Origin: Candidatus Moraniibacteriota bacterium
GTDB taxonomy: Bacteria; Patescibacteriota; Minisyncoccia; Moranbacterales; UBA1568
DNA: 64,000 bases
Assembly (NCBI GenBank): GCA_052035095.1
Contig: JBPOHW010000008.1
Span: forward strand, 3,060 to 67,059
Reading direction: 5' to 3'
The notes beneath the pieces are model-generated. The model did not search any database. It saw nothing but the letters and a program-made list of their open reading frames with translations, and was not told the origin of the DNA. Below, piece after piece: positions 24,890 through 34,423 of the stretch. Position 1 is the first letter of the stretch. Each line of letters begins with the position of its first letter. The position numbers were made by a program, and so were the translations under genes.

Positions 24890-26353
24890 ATGAACAAGAA
24901 AGTACCCTCTTCCCTAACTCCAGTGGAAGACTCTTCAGTCAGGATACATGTGCTTGATACCAGCGTACTTATGAGTAGCCCCTCAGCGCTCTTTAGCTTT
25001 CAAGAACATGATATCTGCCTCCCCATGCAAGTATTGAGTGAAATCGATAAAGGAAAAAAGGGGCACTTCGAAGCGGCGAGAAATGCAAGAGAGTCCGCCA
25101 GAAATATCGAGAGCGTCAGCGCTGAACCGGGAGCAGATATTACAGTAGGGGTATCTCTTTCGAGATTAAGCCAAGGAGCCGCCACCGGAGAACTCTTCAT
25201 TTGCAACGATTTGGTTGAGCGTTTTATACCAAAAACTCTCCCGAAAGAAAATGGAGACAATCAAATCATTGGAACCGTTCTATTTCTCAAAAAGAAATTC
25301 CCGGGCCGAACCATCATATTGGTTTCCAATGACATAAATATGCGGAGTAAGGCGAGGGCATGTCACATTAAGGCGGAAGAATACGCTACGGATAGAGTTA
25401 TCAAGGACACCTCCCTTTTGTACTCCGGTACTCGAAGGCTCGATGAATCATTTTGGTCGGAAAACGAAATTAGCGAGACCATGAAAAGCGGAGGAAAACG
25501 ATTCTACACAGTGAAGGGTCCCTTTGCTGAATCGGTTGTCTTAGGGGAATACGTCTATTACGAAGGTGACGCACCCCTCTACGCAGTTGTCACGGAAATT
25601 TCCAGAGGAGTGACACACCTCGCTACAATCAGGGACTATTCCCTATCGAAGAATTCCGTGTCCGGAATCACGGCAAACAACCGCGAACAAAATTTCGCCC
25701 TCAATGCCCTCATGGATCCGGATATTGACTTCGTTTCTCTGATGGGCGATGCCGGAACCGGAAAAACACTCCTCGCACTCGCGGCTGGCCTTGCCCAAAC
25801 CATGGAACCGAGCCAGCGGAAATACAACAAAATCATCATGACTCGGGCAACCGTACCGATCGGAGGTGAGGACATAGGATATCTTCCGGGAACCGAAGTA
25901 GAAAAAATGACACCATGGATGGGCGCCCTCATGGACAACTTGGAAGTAGTTATGCCTAATCAGTTCGGAGGAAACGGTAACGGAAATGGGAGGCTGACAG
26001 AATTTGGGCGAGGCGCAACGCAGGATATACTTGAGAAGTATATCAGCATACGTCACATGGGCTTTATGAGGGGAAGAACTTTCCAAGAAAAGTTTCTCAT
26101 CATAGATGAGGCTCAAAATCTCACCGTTGACCAAGCGAGAACAATGATCACAAGGGCAGGGAACGGAACCAAGGTTGTTTTCCTTGGAAATATTGCCCAA
26201 ATCGACACTCCGTACGTCATTGGCGCAACCTCCGGAATCACCTTTGTTGCCGAACGCATGAAGAACTGGGATCACGCTCGCCACGTCATTCTCCCGAAGG
26301 GTGAACGTTCGCGACTCGCAAACTATGCAAATCAGGTCCTTCAAACAGTTTGA
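24890..26353 (+). CDS. PIN-domain plus PhoH-like ATPase (YlaK/PhoH2-type predicted ribonuclease)
   Basis: N-terminal PIN (VLDTSVLMSSP); C-terminal PhoH with Walker A GDAGTGKT and Walker B FLIIDEAQN. Confidence 0.85.
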   Translation: MNKKVPSSLTPVEDSSVRIHVLDTSVLMSSPSALFSFQEHDICLPMQVLSEIDKGKKGHFEAARNARESARNIESVSAEPGADITVGVSLSRLSQGAATGELFICNDLVERFIPKTLPKENGDNQIIGTVLFLKKKFPGRTIILVSNDINMRSKARACHIKAEEYATDRVIKDTSLLYSGTRRLDESFWSENEISETMKSGGKRFYTVKGPFAESVVLGEYVYYEGDAPLYAVVTEISRGVTHLATIRDYSLSKNSVSGITANNREQNFALNALMDPDIDFVSLMGDAGTGKTLLALAAGLAQTMEPSQRKYNKIIMTRATVPIGGEDIGYLPGTEVEKMTPWMGALMDNLEVVMPNQFGGNGNGNGRLTEFGRGATQDILEKYISIRHMGFMRGRTFQEKFLIIDEAQNLTVDQARTMITRAGNGTKVVFLGNIAQIDTPYVIGATSGITFVAERMKNWDHARHVILPKGERSRLANYANQVLQTV

Positions 26354-26359
26354 AAACAA

Positions 26360-26396
26360 GCCGCCCCACGAACATTCCGGGGCGGTATTTTTTTCG
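26360..26396. terminator. bidirectional rho-independent terminator
   Basis: CCGCCCC...CCGGGGCGG hairpin followed by a T run; lies between convergent genes. Confidence 0.55.
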
Positions 26397-26402
26397 AAAA
26401 AA

Positions 26403-27074
26403 TCAGCACTCCAGCAGATGTCCATTTTTCTTGAGCCACCGGCGCTCCGTTTCAAATTCGGGAAGCATTGATGCAACCTTTCGCCAAAAATTTCGGGAAT
26501 GATCGCGATGAACGAGGTGCGCGAGCTCATGCACAACCACATAATCAATCACCGAGAGGGGCGCCATCGCGAGGCGGAAACTGAAATTCAAACTTCCCTT
26601 CCCGCTGCACGACCCCCAGCGCGTTCGCGCCGCGTTTACTTTGATTGCTCCATACGCGAGCTTGTTTTCCCGCGCGAAAAACCGCACTCGCTCCGAGAGA
26701 ATCCGTTTCGCCTCCCGTGTATACCACCGCGAAAACACCTCTTTCGCGCGAAAGTGAAACCGTTTCGCCATCACGAACTCGCCGCCAGAAAACACCACGC
26801 TCAAACGCGCCCGTTCCGACACCCGAAGCGGATAGCGCTCTCCCAAATACCAAAACATCTCCCCATCCTCGTATCGCCGCTCCCGCTCTCGCGCGCGTTC
26901 CCGCACCTTTGCGAGCGTCTTCTCTATCCACTCGCGTTTCTTCTTGAGAAACGACTCGATGAAATCAATCGGTGTCCGAAGCGGCGCGCGCACCGTCACA
27001 AACGCCTCCCGCGAAACGGTAAGTGCCACACTCCTCCTCCTCGACCGCACCAGTTTGTAGGGAAAAGGCGGCAT
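26403..27074 (-). CDS. DUF45 / YgjP-like M48-family zinc metallohydrolase
   Basis: HELAHLVHRDH (HExxH) near the C-terminus and WGSCS motif typical of YgjP/DUF45. Confidence 0.7.
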   Translation of the reverse strand: MPPFPYKLVRSRRRSVALTVSREAFVTVRAPLRTPIDFIESFLKKKREWIEKTLAKVRERARERERRYEDGEMFWYLGERYPLRVSERARLSVVFSGGEFVMAKRFHFRAKEVFSRWYTREAKRILSERVRFFARENKLAYGAIKVNAARTRWGSCSGKGSLNFSFRLAMAPLSVIDYVVVHELAHLVHRDHSRNFWRKVASMLPEFETERRWLKKNGHLLEC

Positions 27075-27120
27075 AGAGAAAAGTCCATCTACTTTCGAGA
27101 AAAGAGCTCCTTACAAAACA

Positions 27121-27801
27121 CTATTCCTGAATAATCTTGAAGTTGAACATCGGTGTTTTGAGCGCGCTCCAGAGGCGGAGCCATATCGGTAAAAGCATCT
27201 CCGTCCCGCGCGCCGTCGTTATATCGCCCAGATCAATGATATGCTTCCAGCCATAACTCCTCGCTATCTCGGAAACCACACCTTTTGCCGCAGCATCGTT
27301 CCCACTCACAAAAAGATGGTGATCGCCACTCGCAAGCTTCATCGGCTCAACCTGCAAAAAAGCATTCGTCGTATTAAACGCCTTCACAACTTTCGTTTCC
27401 GGAAGCGCCCGCTGAATCTGCTCGCCAAGCGAATCCGTGTTGCACACGGAAAGAGACGGCGGCATACCTTTCGAAAAATCCAACGGATTCGCAATATCAA
27501 CGAGTATCTTTCCCGAGAGTTCTCTCACAAGCAACGAGAGCACCGAAAGCGCGATTTCCCCTTTCAATGCGTTAAACGCGATTTCACTCTGCGACACCGC
27601 ATCGGCAAAGGTCGCAAGCTCCACTGACTGATGCTCCACTTGCCACTCGCCAAAGGGAAGATTCCCCATCGCGTCTTTCTCCGTAACCGTACGCGTCCTC
27701 TCCACATCCTGCGTGCCCAAAATCACCTCGTGACCAAGCTCTGAGAGCCGCGCCGCGTGCGTTCTCCCCACCACCCCCGTCCCCAAAATCGCTATTTTCA
27801 T
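27121..27801 (-). CDS. NADP-binding oxidoreductase, F420-dependent NADP reductase (Npd) / ProC-like Rossmann family
   Basis: MKIAILGTGVVG GxGxxG Rossmann start; 226 aa. Confidence 0.6.
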   Translation of the reverse strand: MKIAILGTGVVGRTHAARLSELGHEVILGTQDVERTRTVTEKDAMGNLPFGEWQVEHQSVELATFADAVSQSEIAFNALKGEIALSVLSLLVRELSGKILVDIANPLDFSKGMPPSLSVCNTDSLGEQIQRALPETKVVKAFNTTNAFLQVEPMKLASGDHHLFVSGNDAAAKGVVSEIARSYGWKHIIDLGDITTARGTEMLLPIWLRLWSALKTPMFNFKIIQE

Positions 27802-27848
27802 AAAGCGTTCTTGTTATTTTATTTAACGAGCTTTTTGCCTTATCACAC

Positions 27849-27922
27849 TGGTGGACCTGAGGGGAATCGAACCCCTATTTCCCGGATGCAAACCGGGTGC
27901 TCTACCACTAAGCTACAGGCCC
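27849..27922 (-). tRNA. tRNA-Ala (TGC), CCA encoded
   Basis: GGGCCTG acceptor with the G3:U70 identity pair; anticodon loop TTTGCAT; T loop TTCGATT; ACCA at the 3' end. Confidence 0.9.
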
Positions 27923-28125
27923 CGAGAACAACGAAAGCCCTCCCATTGTAAGCGGAAAAACGAATACTGTCCATAAAGCAAAACCCCAGAAACGGGTTCC
28001 GAGGATTTTTGTATTGGTGTTTCTCTCCTGGTCGGGAGAGGAAGAATGGAGAACTCCACTCTTTTTTTGAGTTCGCCGATCTCGGCGAAGGAGTTATTGG
28101 TGGCGAATTGTATTTTGGTTTTGGT

Positions 28126-28911
28126 TTACATAGGCGTGGCGATACGAAAGCGAAATGTTCGAAATCGGAGAAAAAGCATTCGAGACACAATACCTGCGGC
28201 GCATACCTCAAGCATTCCGATAAGTCCCAGTAAGAGCATAGAAGCGGTTTGATAAGGAAAAATAGGCGTTTGCACTTGAGAAACAGTAAATGAAGGAAGG
28301 GTGGTAGAAGGAAGTATGGAAGGCGCCGGCGCTTTATTTTCAAGAACAATCGGCGCGTTCACGGCAATCGGAGCGACATCGGAAAGGTTCTTCCACGGCT
28401 CGGCATCGGAAACCACCTCTCCGAGACGCGTCCCGAAAAGCTGTACCGTCACAGTCGTCACCTTCCCTTCCCACGGCATTTCAAGTACGGCAACTCCGAT
28501 ATCATGATACTTCGGCGAAAGAATATTCTCTCGATGCTTCTCGCTCTTCATCCATACTGATTGTTCACTCTCCGCGTCGGTAAAATGAATCGCCAAATTC
28601 TCTCCGGCATACCGATACCGATAGCCCGCCTCCTCAAAGAAAAACCATGGGCGCGTCCCCTCGGGCGACGTGTGCGCGAAATATCCGTTCTTCGCCATAT
28701 CCCCTGCCTTCATCTCAGCCGCCCGAGTAAGCGTCTCATCCGCGTGAAGCATGGAAAGATCTTCCGCCTCCCGATCTCGATTGACGAGATTAACCACGTC
28801 TTCCGGTCCAAACGACGCGGCGGACACAAGAGCTGGAAAGATAAGGACAAAAGCCCCTATAAAAAGGCTATATCGAGAAAAAGTGTCGTTTTGTGAGAAA
28901 AGTCGCTTCAT
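28126..28911 (-). CDS. secreted CAP/SCP/PR-1-like domain protein
   Basis: Signal peptide MKRLFSQ..LIFPALVSA; YFAHTSPEG and GENLA motifs of the CAP superfamily. Start trimmed to the signal-peptide Met. Confidence 0.65.
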   Translation of the reverse strand: MKRLFSQNDTFSRYSLFIGAFVLIFPALVSAASFGPEDVVNLVNRDREAEDLSMLHADETLTRAAEMKAGDMAKNGYFAHTSPEGTRPWFFFEEAGYRYRYAGENLAIHFTDAESEQSVWMKSEKHRENILSPKYHDIGVAVLEMPWEGKVTTVTVQLFGTRLGEVVSDAEPWKNLSDVAPIAVNAPIVLENKAPAPSILPSTTLPSFTVSQVQTPIFPYQTASMLLLGLIGMLEVCAAGIVSRMLFLRFRTFRFRIATPM

Positions 28912-29078
28912 AGGGGTATAAAAAATGGGAAAACGGGCGTGTTCACCCGTTTTCCCATTGAAAACAACTCTATTATACCCCAAAAAATTAGCACTGTCAA
29001 TCGAAACCGAAAAATCGCGCCTCCTCGCCGCGACTTTTCGAAAATATTCTCGCAAACGATATCGCTCGAGACCTCGTT

Positions 29079-29399
29079 TTATTGTCCGAAAAAAAGATCT
29101 CGGAAAACACCGGGAGCGCTTTCGTGTTGTTTGGCTCGATCGCTGAGCATGCCTATGGCAACGTCAAATTTCTCCCGTTGAAACTTTACCTGCTTGCTTT
29201 TGGAAAGCCGATACTCCCGCTCCTCATCCTCGCTCCAGCGAAACATATAGAGGCTTTTGTACCAAGAGAAAACGCTGATACCCAGCACCAGGAAAAAAAG
29301 AAGAGAGAAGACAAGGGAACTCCATCGACGCCACCACAAGCCGAGCGCCGCTATAAAGTCTCGCGGAGAAATATTCTTTGGAAAAAAAGGATTCGACAT
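29079..29399 (-). CDS. small membrane protein
   Basis: 106 aa with one or two TM helices; first gene of the pilus cluster on this strand. Confidence 0.35.
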   Translation of the reverse strand: MSNPFFPKNISPRDFIAALGLWWRRWSSLVFSLLFFLVLGISVFSWYKSLYMFRWSEDEEREYRLSKSKQVKFQREKFDVAIGMLSDRAKQHESAPGVFRDLFFGQ

Positions 29400-29418
29400 A
29401 CGCCATTGTAAGCAAAAA

Positions 29419-30186
29419 TTATCGATCCGTATAAATAACCGTATGGAACGACGCCTCTACGTTCAACTTCTTCGCCTCAACCGGTTTTTCACCGGAGACT
29501 TCCAGAGGAGACGACGATCGAAAAGGACTCCTAACATCACCGGATATGGAAGGCGAAACGCTCGACTGGTCATCTTCAAAGACCGCCTGCTCCATCTGAA
29601 TCGAGAGAACATCCAACAAGAAAGGCATCGTATCGAGCTTCCGAAGGAAAGCAAGGACACGATCATACTCACCCGTCACCTTAAACGTGATGAAAACGGA
29701 ACGATCTTCCGGTAAAAGCGGGAGAAGAGCCTCCGCTTCTTTCTCCTCCTCCTTTTTTTCTTCTTTCGCTTTGCCATTTGTCACCTCTCCTTCTTCGGAA
29801 ACCGATGCTTTCTTTGTTGGCTTTTTCTTTACGGAAGAAACGGCAAGTGCCTGCGGCGAAGACGCTTCAGATACAATCGAAACACCGAGATCATTCCCAA
29901 TCGATTCAAGCGCTTCAACCAAGGAGATAATACGATCTTTTGGCAAAAAGACATCGAGCTTATCGCTCTCCAGACGAATACGATCGACTTCGTCGCGCAT
30001 AGTCGCAATCACACTTCGTTGTTCCTCAAGCATCTTTCGATCCACGATCGCCTGTTGAATGGAGACCATTCCCTCGCGATTTCTCTCAAGCACGCGGAAA
30101 ATACCGAAATACACCAGCGCTGAAAAAAGACCGATCATTCCCAGAATGACCACGACCTCTCGAGATTGTAACCAAAAGCTTTTCAT
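29419..30186 (-). CDS. PilO-like type IV pilus assembly protein
   Basis: N-terminal TM, coiled coil and acidic linker; sits immediately downstream of PilN/PilM as in pilMNO operons. Confidence 0.5.
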   Translation of the reverse strand: MKSFWLQSREVVVILGMIGLFSALVYFGIFRVLERNREGMVSIQQAIVDRKMLEEQRSVIATMRDEVDRIRLESDKLDVFLPKDRIISLVEALESIGNDLGVSIVSEASSPQALAVSSVKKKPTKKASVSEEGEVTNGKAKEEKKEEEKEAEALLPLLPEDRSVFITFKVTGEYDRVLAFLRKLDTMPFLLDVLSIQMEQAVFEDDQSSVSPSISGDVRSPFRSSSPLEVSGEKPVEAKKLNVEASFHTVIYTDR

Positions 30187-30192
30187 ATATTC

Positions 30193-30765
30193 TCATTTGA
30201 TACCAACAAGACACGATCTCTCTATCATTGCGTCAAGTTGAAAATCGATATTTTCTTTTACCAGCTTATTCGAAAGCGGTATCATAGGACCGCCATCTTT
30301 TGAACGAAAACAATCGGACTCATTCATATTTTTTTCCAAGAGAAGAAGCGCATCTCGATTCGGCGCCGTTCCGCTCGCTGAAAAGGAAAAATCGTTTTTC
30401 GAAAGCATCTTGGTATAGAGAACGCCGGGCGGTGTTGCCGCTTCGAGCGATTGAAAAAACTTTTCCCACAAAACATGTCCCGCAAGCAACTGGGAAATTT
30501 CGGAAGCCTTCGCGTTCGTCTCCCGAAAAACCGCTTCGTACGATTCGATTTCGTTTTTTTCTTCTACGAACGAAGAGCCTCCCGAAAGTCCGCGTGTTGA
30601 AGAGAGCTGCACCGACAAGAGGAATGAAATGCCAAGAAGCGCACAGCAATAAGAAAAACCCAGAAAAATAATGCCGGATCCTTGGGCGACAATCATACGG
30701 AAACGCTTATTCTTAAGCATTTCCGTCTTCTTTTCGACAGGGAGAAGATTAAGCAGGATTTTCAT
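30193..30765 (-). CDS. PilN-like type IV pilus assembly protein
   Basis: MKILLNLLPVEKK N-terminus (the INLLP motif) followed by a TM helix. Start overlaps the pilM stop by 17 nt. Confidence 0.6.
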   Translation of the reverse strand: MKILLNLLPVEKKTEMLKNKRFRMIVAQGSGIIFLGFSYCCALLGISFLLSVQLSSTRGLSGGSSFVEEKNEIESYEAVFRETNAKASEISQLLAGHVLWEKFFQSLEAATPPGVLYTKMLSKNDFSFSASGTAPNRDALLLLEKNMNESDCFRSKDGGPMIPLSNKLVKENIDFQLDAMIERSCLVGIK

Positions 30766-31843
30766 AGTTGCGTATACCGCGAAGCGCAAGCCCAAGCGCG
30801 GTTGAATATTGTACCGACTGTTTCTTGCTGATAACGGGAATAGACTTCCCGATACGGAGATTGACCCAGGGATTTCCAAATTCGACCGGCTTCCCGAGTT
30901 TCCGCGCCAGATACGGCAGGATACCGCGCATATTGGATCCGCCGCCACAGAGAATTACTTTGTCGACCGCCGAAGAATATCGAAGTGTATTCAAATAAAA
31001 ATCCACTGACCGCTCCATCTCGGCCGTAAGACTCGACAATACCGGCTCCACCATACGAAAGAGCGGATCTCCCTTGGTCTGCGATCCGATCCCCTCGGTA
31101 ATCTTGATTCGCTCCGCGTCCTCAAAGGGAATCTTCATCCCCTTGGCAATCGAATCGGTAATCATCTGCGATGAAAGTGGGATACTCGATGTAAAGACCG
31201 GGATATTGCCGAGCGCGATCAAAAAACTCGTTCGTCGGTCGCCGATATCGATGATGAGCGTCGTCACATCGCTCGTCTCTTCGGGCAAAAGAATGCGCGC
31301 CTGCGCTATTGATTCCGTTTCAAAGCCGACCACCTCGAGCCCGGCCGCTTCAAGCGCTGATACAAACTGATCCACAACACTTCGCGCGACCGCGACCACG
31401 AGAATACTCATCTTTCCCTGTTCCCGGGTCACATTCCGATCAAGGAGTTGGTAGTCATAGTAAACCTGGTCGAGCGAGAGCGGAATATTTGCCTCAATCT
31501 CCCACCGAATCGCTTCCGACACTTCTCGCTTGTCCATAACGGGAAGGCTCACGATTCGCAAAAACGCTTTCGTTTCGGGCAAAGAGCAGAACACTCGCCG
31601 AGAACGAATTTTCCCCGGACCGGATGTTTCAAGAAGTGTTTTGACGCCCGCGATCACCGCGTCTTCTTTCAAAATTTTCCCGTCGGACACCGACTCGAGC
31701 GGCAAATTGACCGCGCCGTAACTCACGATTCTATCTCGATCGCCTTCCTCGTCAAGAAACACCGCCTTGAGCGACAGATCGCTCAAATCAAGCCCGAATG
31801 GACGCGGCGTGAGTCGTAACAAATTTCTGTTCCAAAGAGACAT
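30749..31843 (-). CDS. pilM: PilM type IV pilus assembly ATPase-like (actin fold)
   Basis: GLDLSDLSLKAVFLD start, SIDIGDRRTSL and CGGGS actin-fold motifs. Start set to MSLWNRNLL. Confidence 0.8.
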   Translation of the reverse strand: MSLWNRNLLRLTPRPFGLDLSDLSLKAVFLDEEGDRDRIVSYGAVNLPLESVSDGKILKEDAVIAGVKTLLETSGPGKIRSRRVFCSLPETKAFLRIVSLPVMDKREVSEAIRWEIEANIPLSLDQVYYDYQLLDRNVTREQGKMSILVVAVARSVVDQFVSALEAAGLEVVGFETESIAQARILLPEETSDVTTLIIDIGDRRTSFLIALGNIPVFTSSIPLSSQMITDSIAKGMKIPFEDAERIKITEGIGSQTKGDPLFRMVEPVLSSLTAEMERSVDFYLNTLRYSSAVDKVILCGGGSNMRGILPYLARKLGKPVEFGNPWVNLRIGKSIPVISKKQSVQYSTALGLALRGIRNYENPA

Positions 31844-32026
31844 GGAAATGCAGTTAGTAGCGAGTAGTTTGTAGTTGGTAGTCACTCTTGATATACATCC
31901 GCATGACTCTTTGCCACTCAAACTGCTCATTGCCAACGTTGTATTGTTTTTTATTGCTGTTTTTCCTCTCTCTTTTCTGCCAACTACTAGCTACTCTCTA
32001 CAAACTACCAACTGTTCCCGCTCCCA

Positions 32027-33619
32027 TTATAACTCTTCCCACAAATCTATGGAATACTCGGTGCCGGTTGGAAAGTATGGTGGCGGATAGTAGAGAAGAT
32101 TATTGTCGAAATTAAGATAGCGATCGGTATATCCGGATCCATCCGTCCACGCGAATCCATAGCGCTGTTTGGTGGCGATCGCACCGTTTATAGTGATACT
32201 GTTTCGATGATCGGATGAGCTGTAGTGCGCACGACCCACGCGACCGTTTTGTGCAAGAAGCGCGCCATCTATCTGGAGATCATTCTGGCTGTAGCGAATA
32301 ATTTCCACATCTTGCTGACCGATAATGCCCAAGATATTGTCACCATCATAACTCGTATACGTAATATCATTGTTCCCAAGGAACATATTCCCAACCCCCG
32401 CCACAATCGTCACTCGGCTCACGCCGGAATCAATCGATCCCTCAAGCCACACATTGTCGTCAACGTAGATAATACCTTCGTCGGGAATAGCTTTATTTGA
32501 AGGATTACACAAGCACGTTATCCCTCCGCCCAAATTGCGATTTTGACACTGTGCATTTGAACCGGTCGATGTCGTGACATTGGTCGTGCAGGACGCGCCA
32601 TTATTACTTCTCCTCCCGATAAAACTCAAAATGCTAAAGGTAGTCGCGTCATAGGCATTCACCGTATACACATCAAATGTCCCGTCAGTTTTCAGTACAA
32701 TGCGACGACCGGCATTTGAATTATCATAGTAACACCCGGACGCCCAGCAATTATTCGTCACCGCACATCCCGACCCGGTATCATTGCACGCCGTATTCTT
32801 CATATTTGTGAGATCGCTCTGTACGCCCGTGAAACTCACCTCCGGCACCGGAAACTGTCGTCCCCCTTCAAAGATATCCGCTCGATCCGGCACGGAATTC
32901 GGAATTCTTTCTGACGCCAATGCTCCCACAATAGTGCTGTTTGGTGGATCCGGCGGATGCGTCGAGCTTGCATGCGTATGCACGCCAAACTCATTATTCC
33001 CCGTATGATCCGGATCATTCACATCCGGAACGAGGCTTGTCACCGAATTGTGCGCCAACCCATCAAATCGCACGCCATTATTTGAATGAATTTTCCCCCA
33101 CACCTCCGTCCCTGCGCCAAAGCGAACAAATTCATCCGCCAAAACCGCGTACTCGCTCCAACTCGGGCGACGAAATCGCGCTTTCACGGTGCGTGACACG
33201 CCGGCATCGCTCGCCGACGTCCCGACAACGGTGACCGTCGCGATGGTCGAACTCGGATCGGGTGGATCAAGCGTGAGCGAGTAGTGCCCGATCACATCTC
33301 CAGTTCCCGGATCGGTATAGTCAACTTCGACCGGACCCGAAACGCCGAGCGTCCCCGCATCCGACCAAAAGGCCTTGAGTTGTTGCGCGTTCATCCCATC
33401 CGTCGCGTGCGCGAGATACCAGCGATACGAATAGATACCGGTCTCGGCAATCTGAAACGCCTCTTCGCGCGCCACTCGATTGGAACTGAATTGCAATTGC
33501 GACACCACAAATCCGATAATGGACGTGAGTAAAATACCAACCACCGTCATAATGACCAAAGCATACACCAACATAGAGCCCTTCGAAACATTTTTATTTT
33601 TTTGGTATGTCATAAACAA
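32027..33619 (-). CDS. large pilin-like / pilus tip-associated protein with N-terminal hydrophobic anchor
   Basis: 530 aa; N-terminal helix MLVYALVIMTVVGILLTSI, Gly/Asn/Thr-rich beta-rich body and several Cys pairs. Confidence 0.55.
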   Translation of the reverse strand: MFMTYQKNKNVSKGSMLVYALVIMTVVGILLTSIIGFVVSQLQFSSNRVAREEAFQIAETGIYSYRWYLAHATDGMNAQQLKAFWSDAGTLGVSGPVEVDYTDPGTGDVIGHYSLTLDPPDPSSTIATVTVVGTSASDAGVSRTVKARFRRPSWSEYAVLADEFVRFGAGTEVWGKIHSNNGVRFDGLAHNSVTSLVPDVNDPDHTGNNEFGVHTHASSTHPPDPPNSTIVGALASERIPNSVPDRADIFEGGRQFPVPEVSFTGVQSDLTNMKNTACNDTGSGCAVTNNCWASGCYYDNSNAGRRIVLKTDGTFDVYTVNAYDATTFSILSFIGRRSNNGASCTTNVTTSTGSNAQCQNRNLGGGITCLCNPSNKAIPDEGIIYVDDNVWLEGSIDSGVSRVTIVAGVGNMFLGNNDITYTSYDGDNILGIIGQQDVEIIRYSQNDLQIDGALLAQNGRVGRAHYSSSDHRNSITINGAIATKQRYGFAWTDGSGYTDRYLNFDNNLLYYPPPYFPTGTEYSIDLWEEL

Positions 33620-33671
33620 AAATAGTTCTCTTCAAATCCTCCATTCCCCATTCTTCATTCTCCATTCTATT

Positions 33672-34340
33672 TCAAATTCCAAACCGATCATGATCGTTCA
33701 AGTTGCGCATCTCGGCAAAGGAGCTGATATAGACGCTATCCGGCGCGTGATTGGGATCGATATTCATATAAAGATTGATTTTTACGAGGCGGACATTGGG
33801 AACCGTCGCCGGCGTCGCGATCGGATTATTCACGCTATCCTCGGGATAATTCGCGTCATAATAGTAAAATATTGGCTGAGCTCCGGTATTTACGATACGC
33901 TGAGCGATGGTCGTCGTCGTCCCATCGCCTGAAGCATACGTCACCGGAAATCCTCCACTCGGCTCTCGGACACCCAAGATCACGTCTGTCCCACTCTTGT
34001 AGAGATGGAGCCGCTCCGTCACGCCGTCGCGATCGTAATCGCCGTAAAATACGAGATCATTATCATCGGCGGACACTACCGGATATGAGCCGTTGTCCGC
34101 CTGTCGCGCCTCGCGAATATACCGTGTCATTTCATTCACGCCTCGCGACACCGCCATCGCCGTCTGCCCCATTTCAATCGTGTACGCGTTCGAACGCCAC
34201 GAATTCATAAAGAGCGCCGAAAACCCCACCATACCCGTGGTGAAAATAAAAATCGCCATCATCATTTCCACGAGAGACATCCCTTTGACAAAGTTGGTAG
34301 TTGGTAGTCCGTAGTTTGTAGATTTTTGTTTATAACACAT
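33672..34340 (-). CDS. prepilin-type (type IV pilin-like) protein
   Basis: KG|MSLVEMMMAIFIFTTGMVG matches a class III leader with cleavage after Gly and Glu at +5. The leader may be shorter than the ORF. Confidence 0.65.
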   Translation of the reverse strand: MCYKQKSTNYGLPTTNFVKGMSLVEMMMAIFIFTTGMVGFSALFMNSWRSNAYTIEMGQTAMAVSRGVNEMTRYIREARQADNGSYPVVSADDNDLVFYGDYDRDGVTERLHLYKSGTDVILGVREPSGGFPVTYASGDGTTTTIAQRIVNTGAQPIFYYYDANYPEDSVNNPIATPATVPNVRLVKINLYMNIDPNHAPDSVYISSFAEMRNLNDHDRFGI

Positions 34341-34423
34341 AGGATTCCATATTTTCTCTCAACTATTCCCTCCTCTCTACTCTCTCCCAACTACTCACTA
34401 CTTTCTACTCACTACTGACTACT

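Noticed and set aside
27843-28349. 168-aa minus-strand ORF overlapping tRNA-Ala
   Set aside because: Overlaps a well-formed tRNA and the following intergenic region; no motif; likely spurious.
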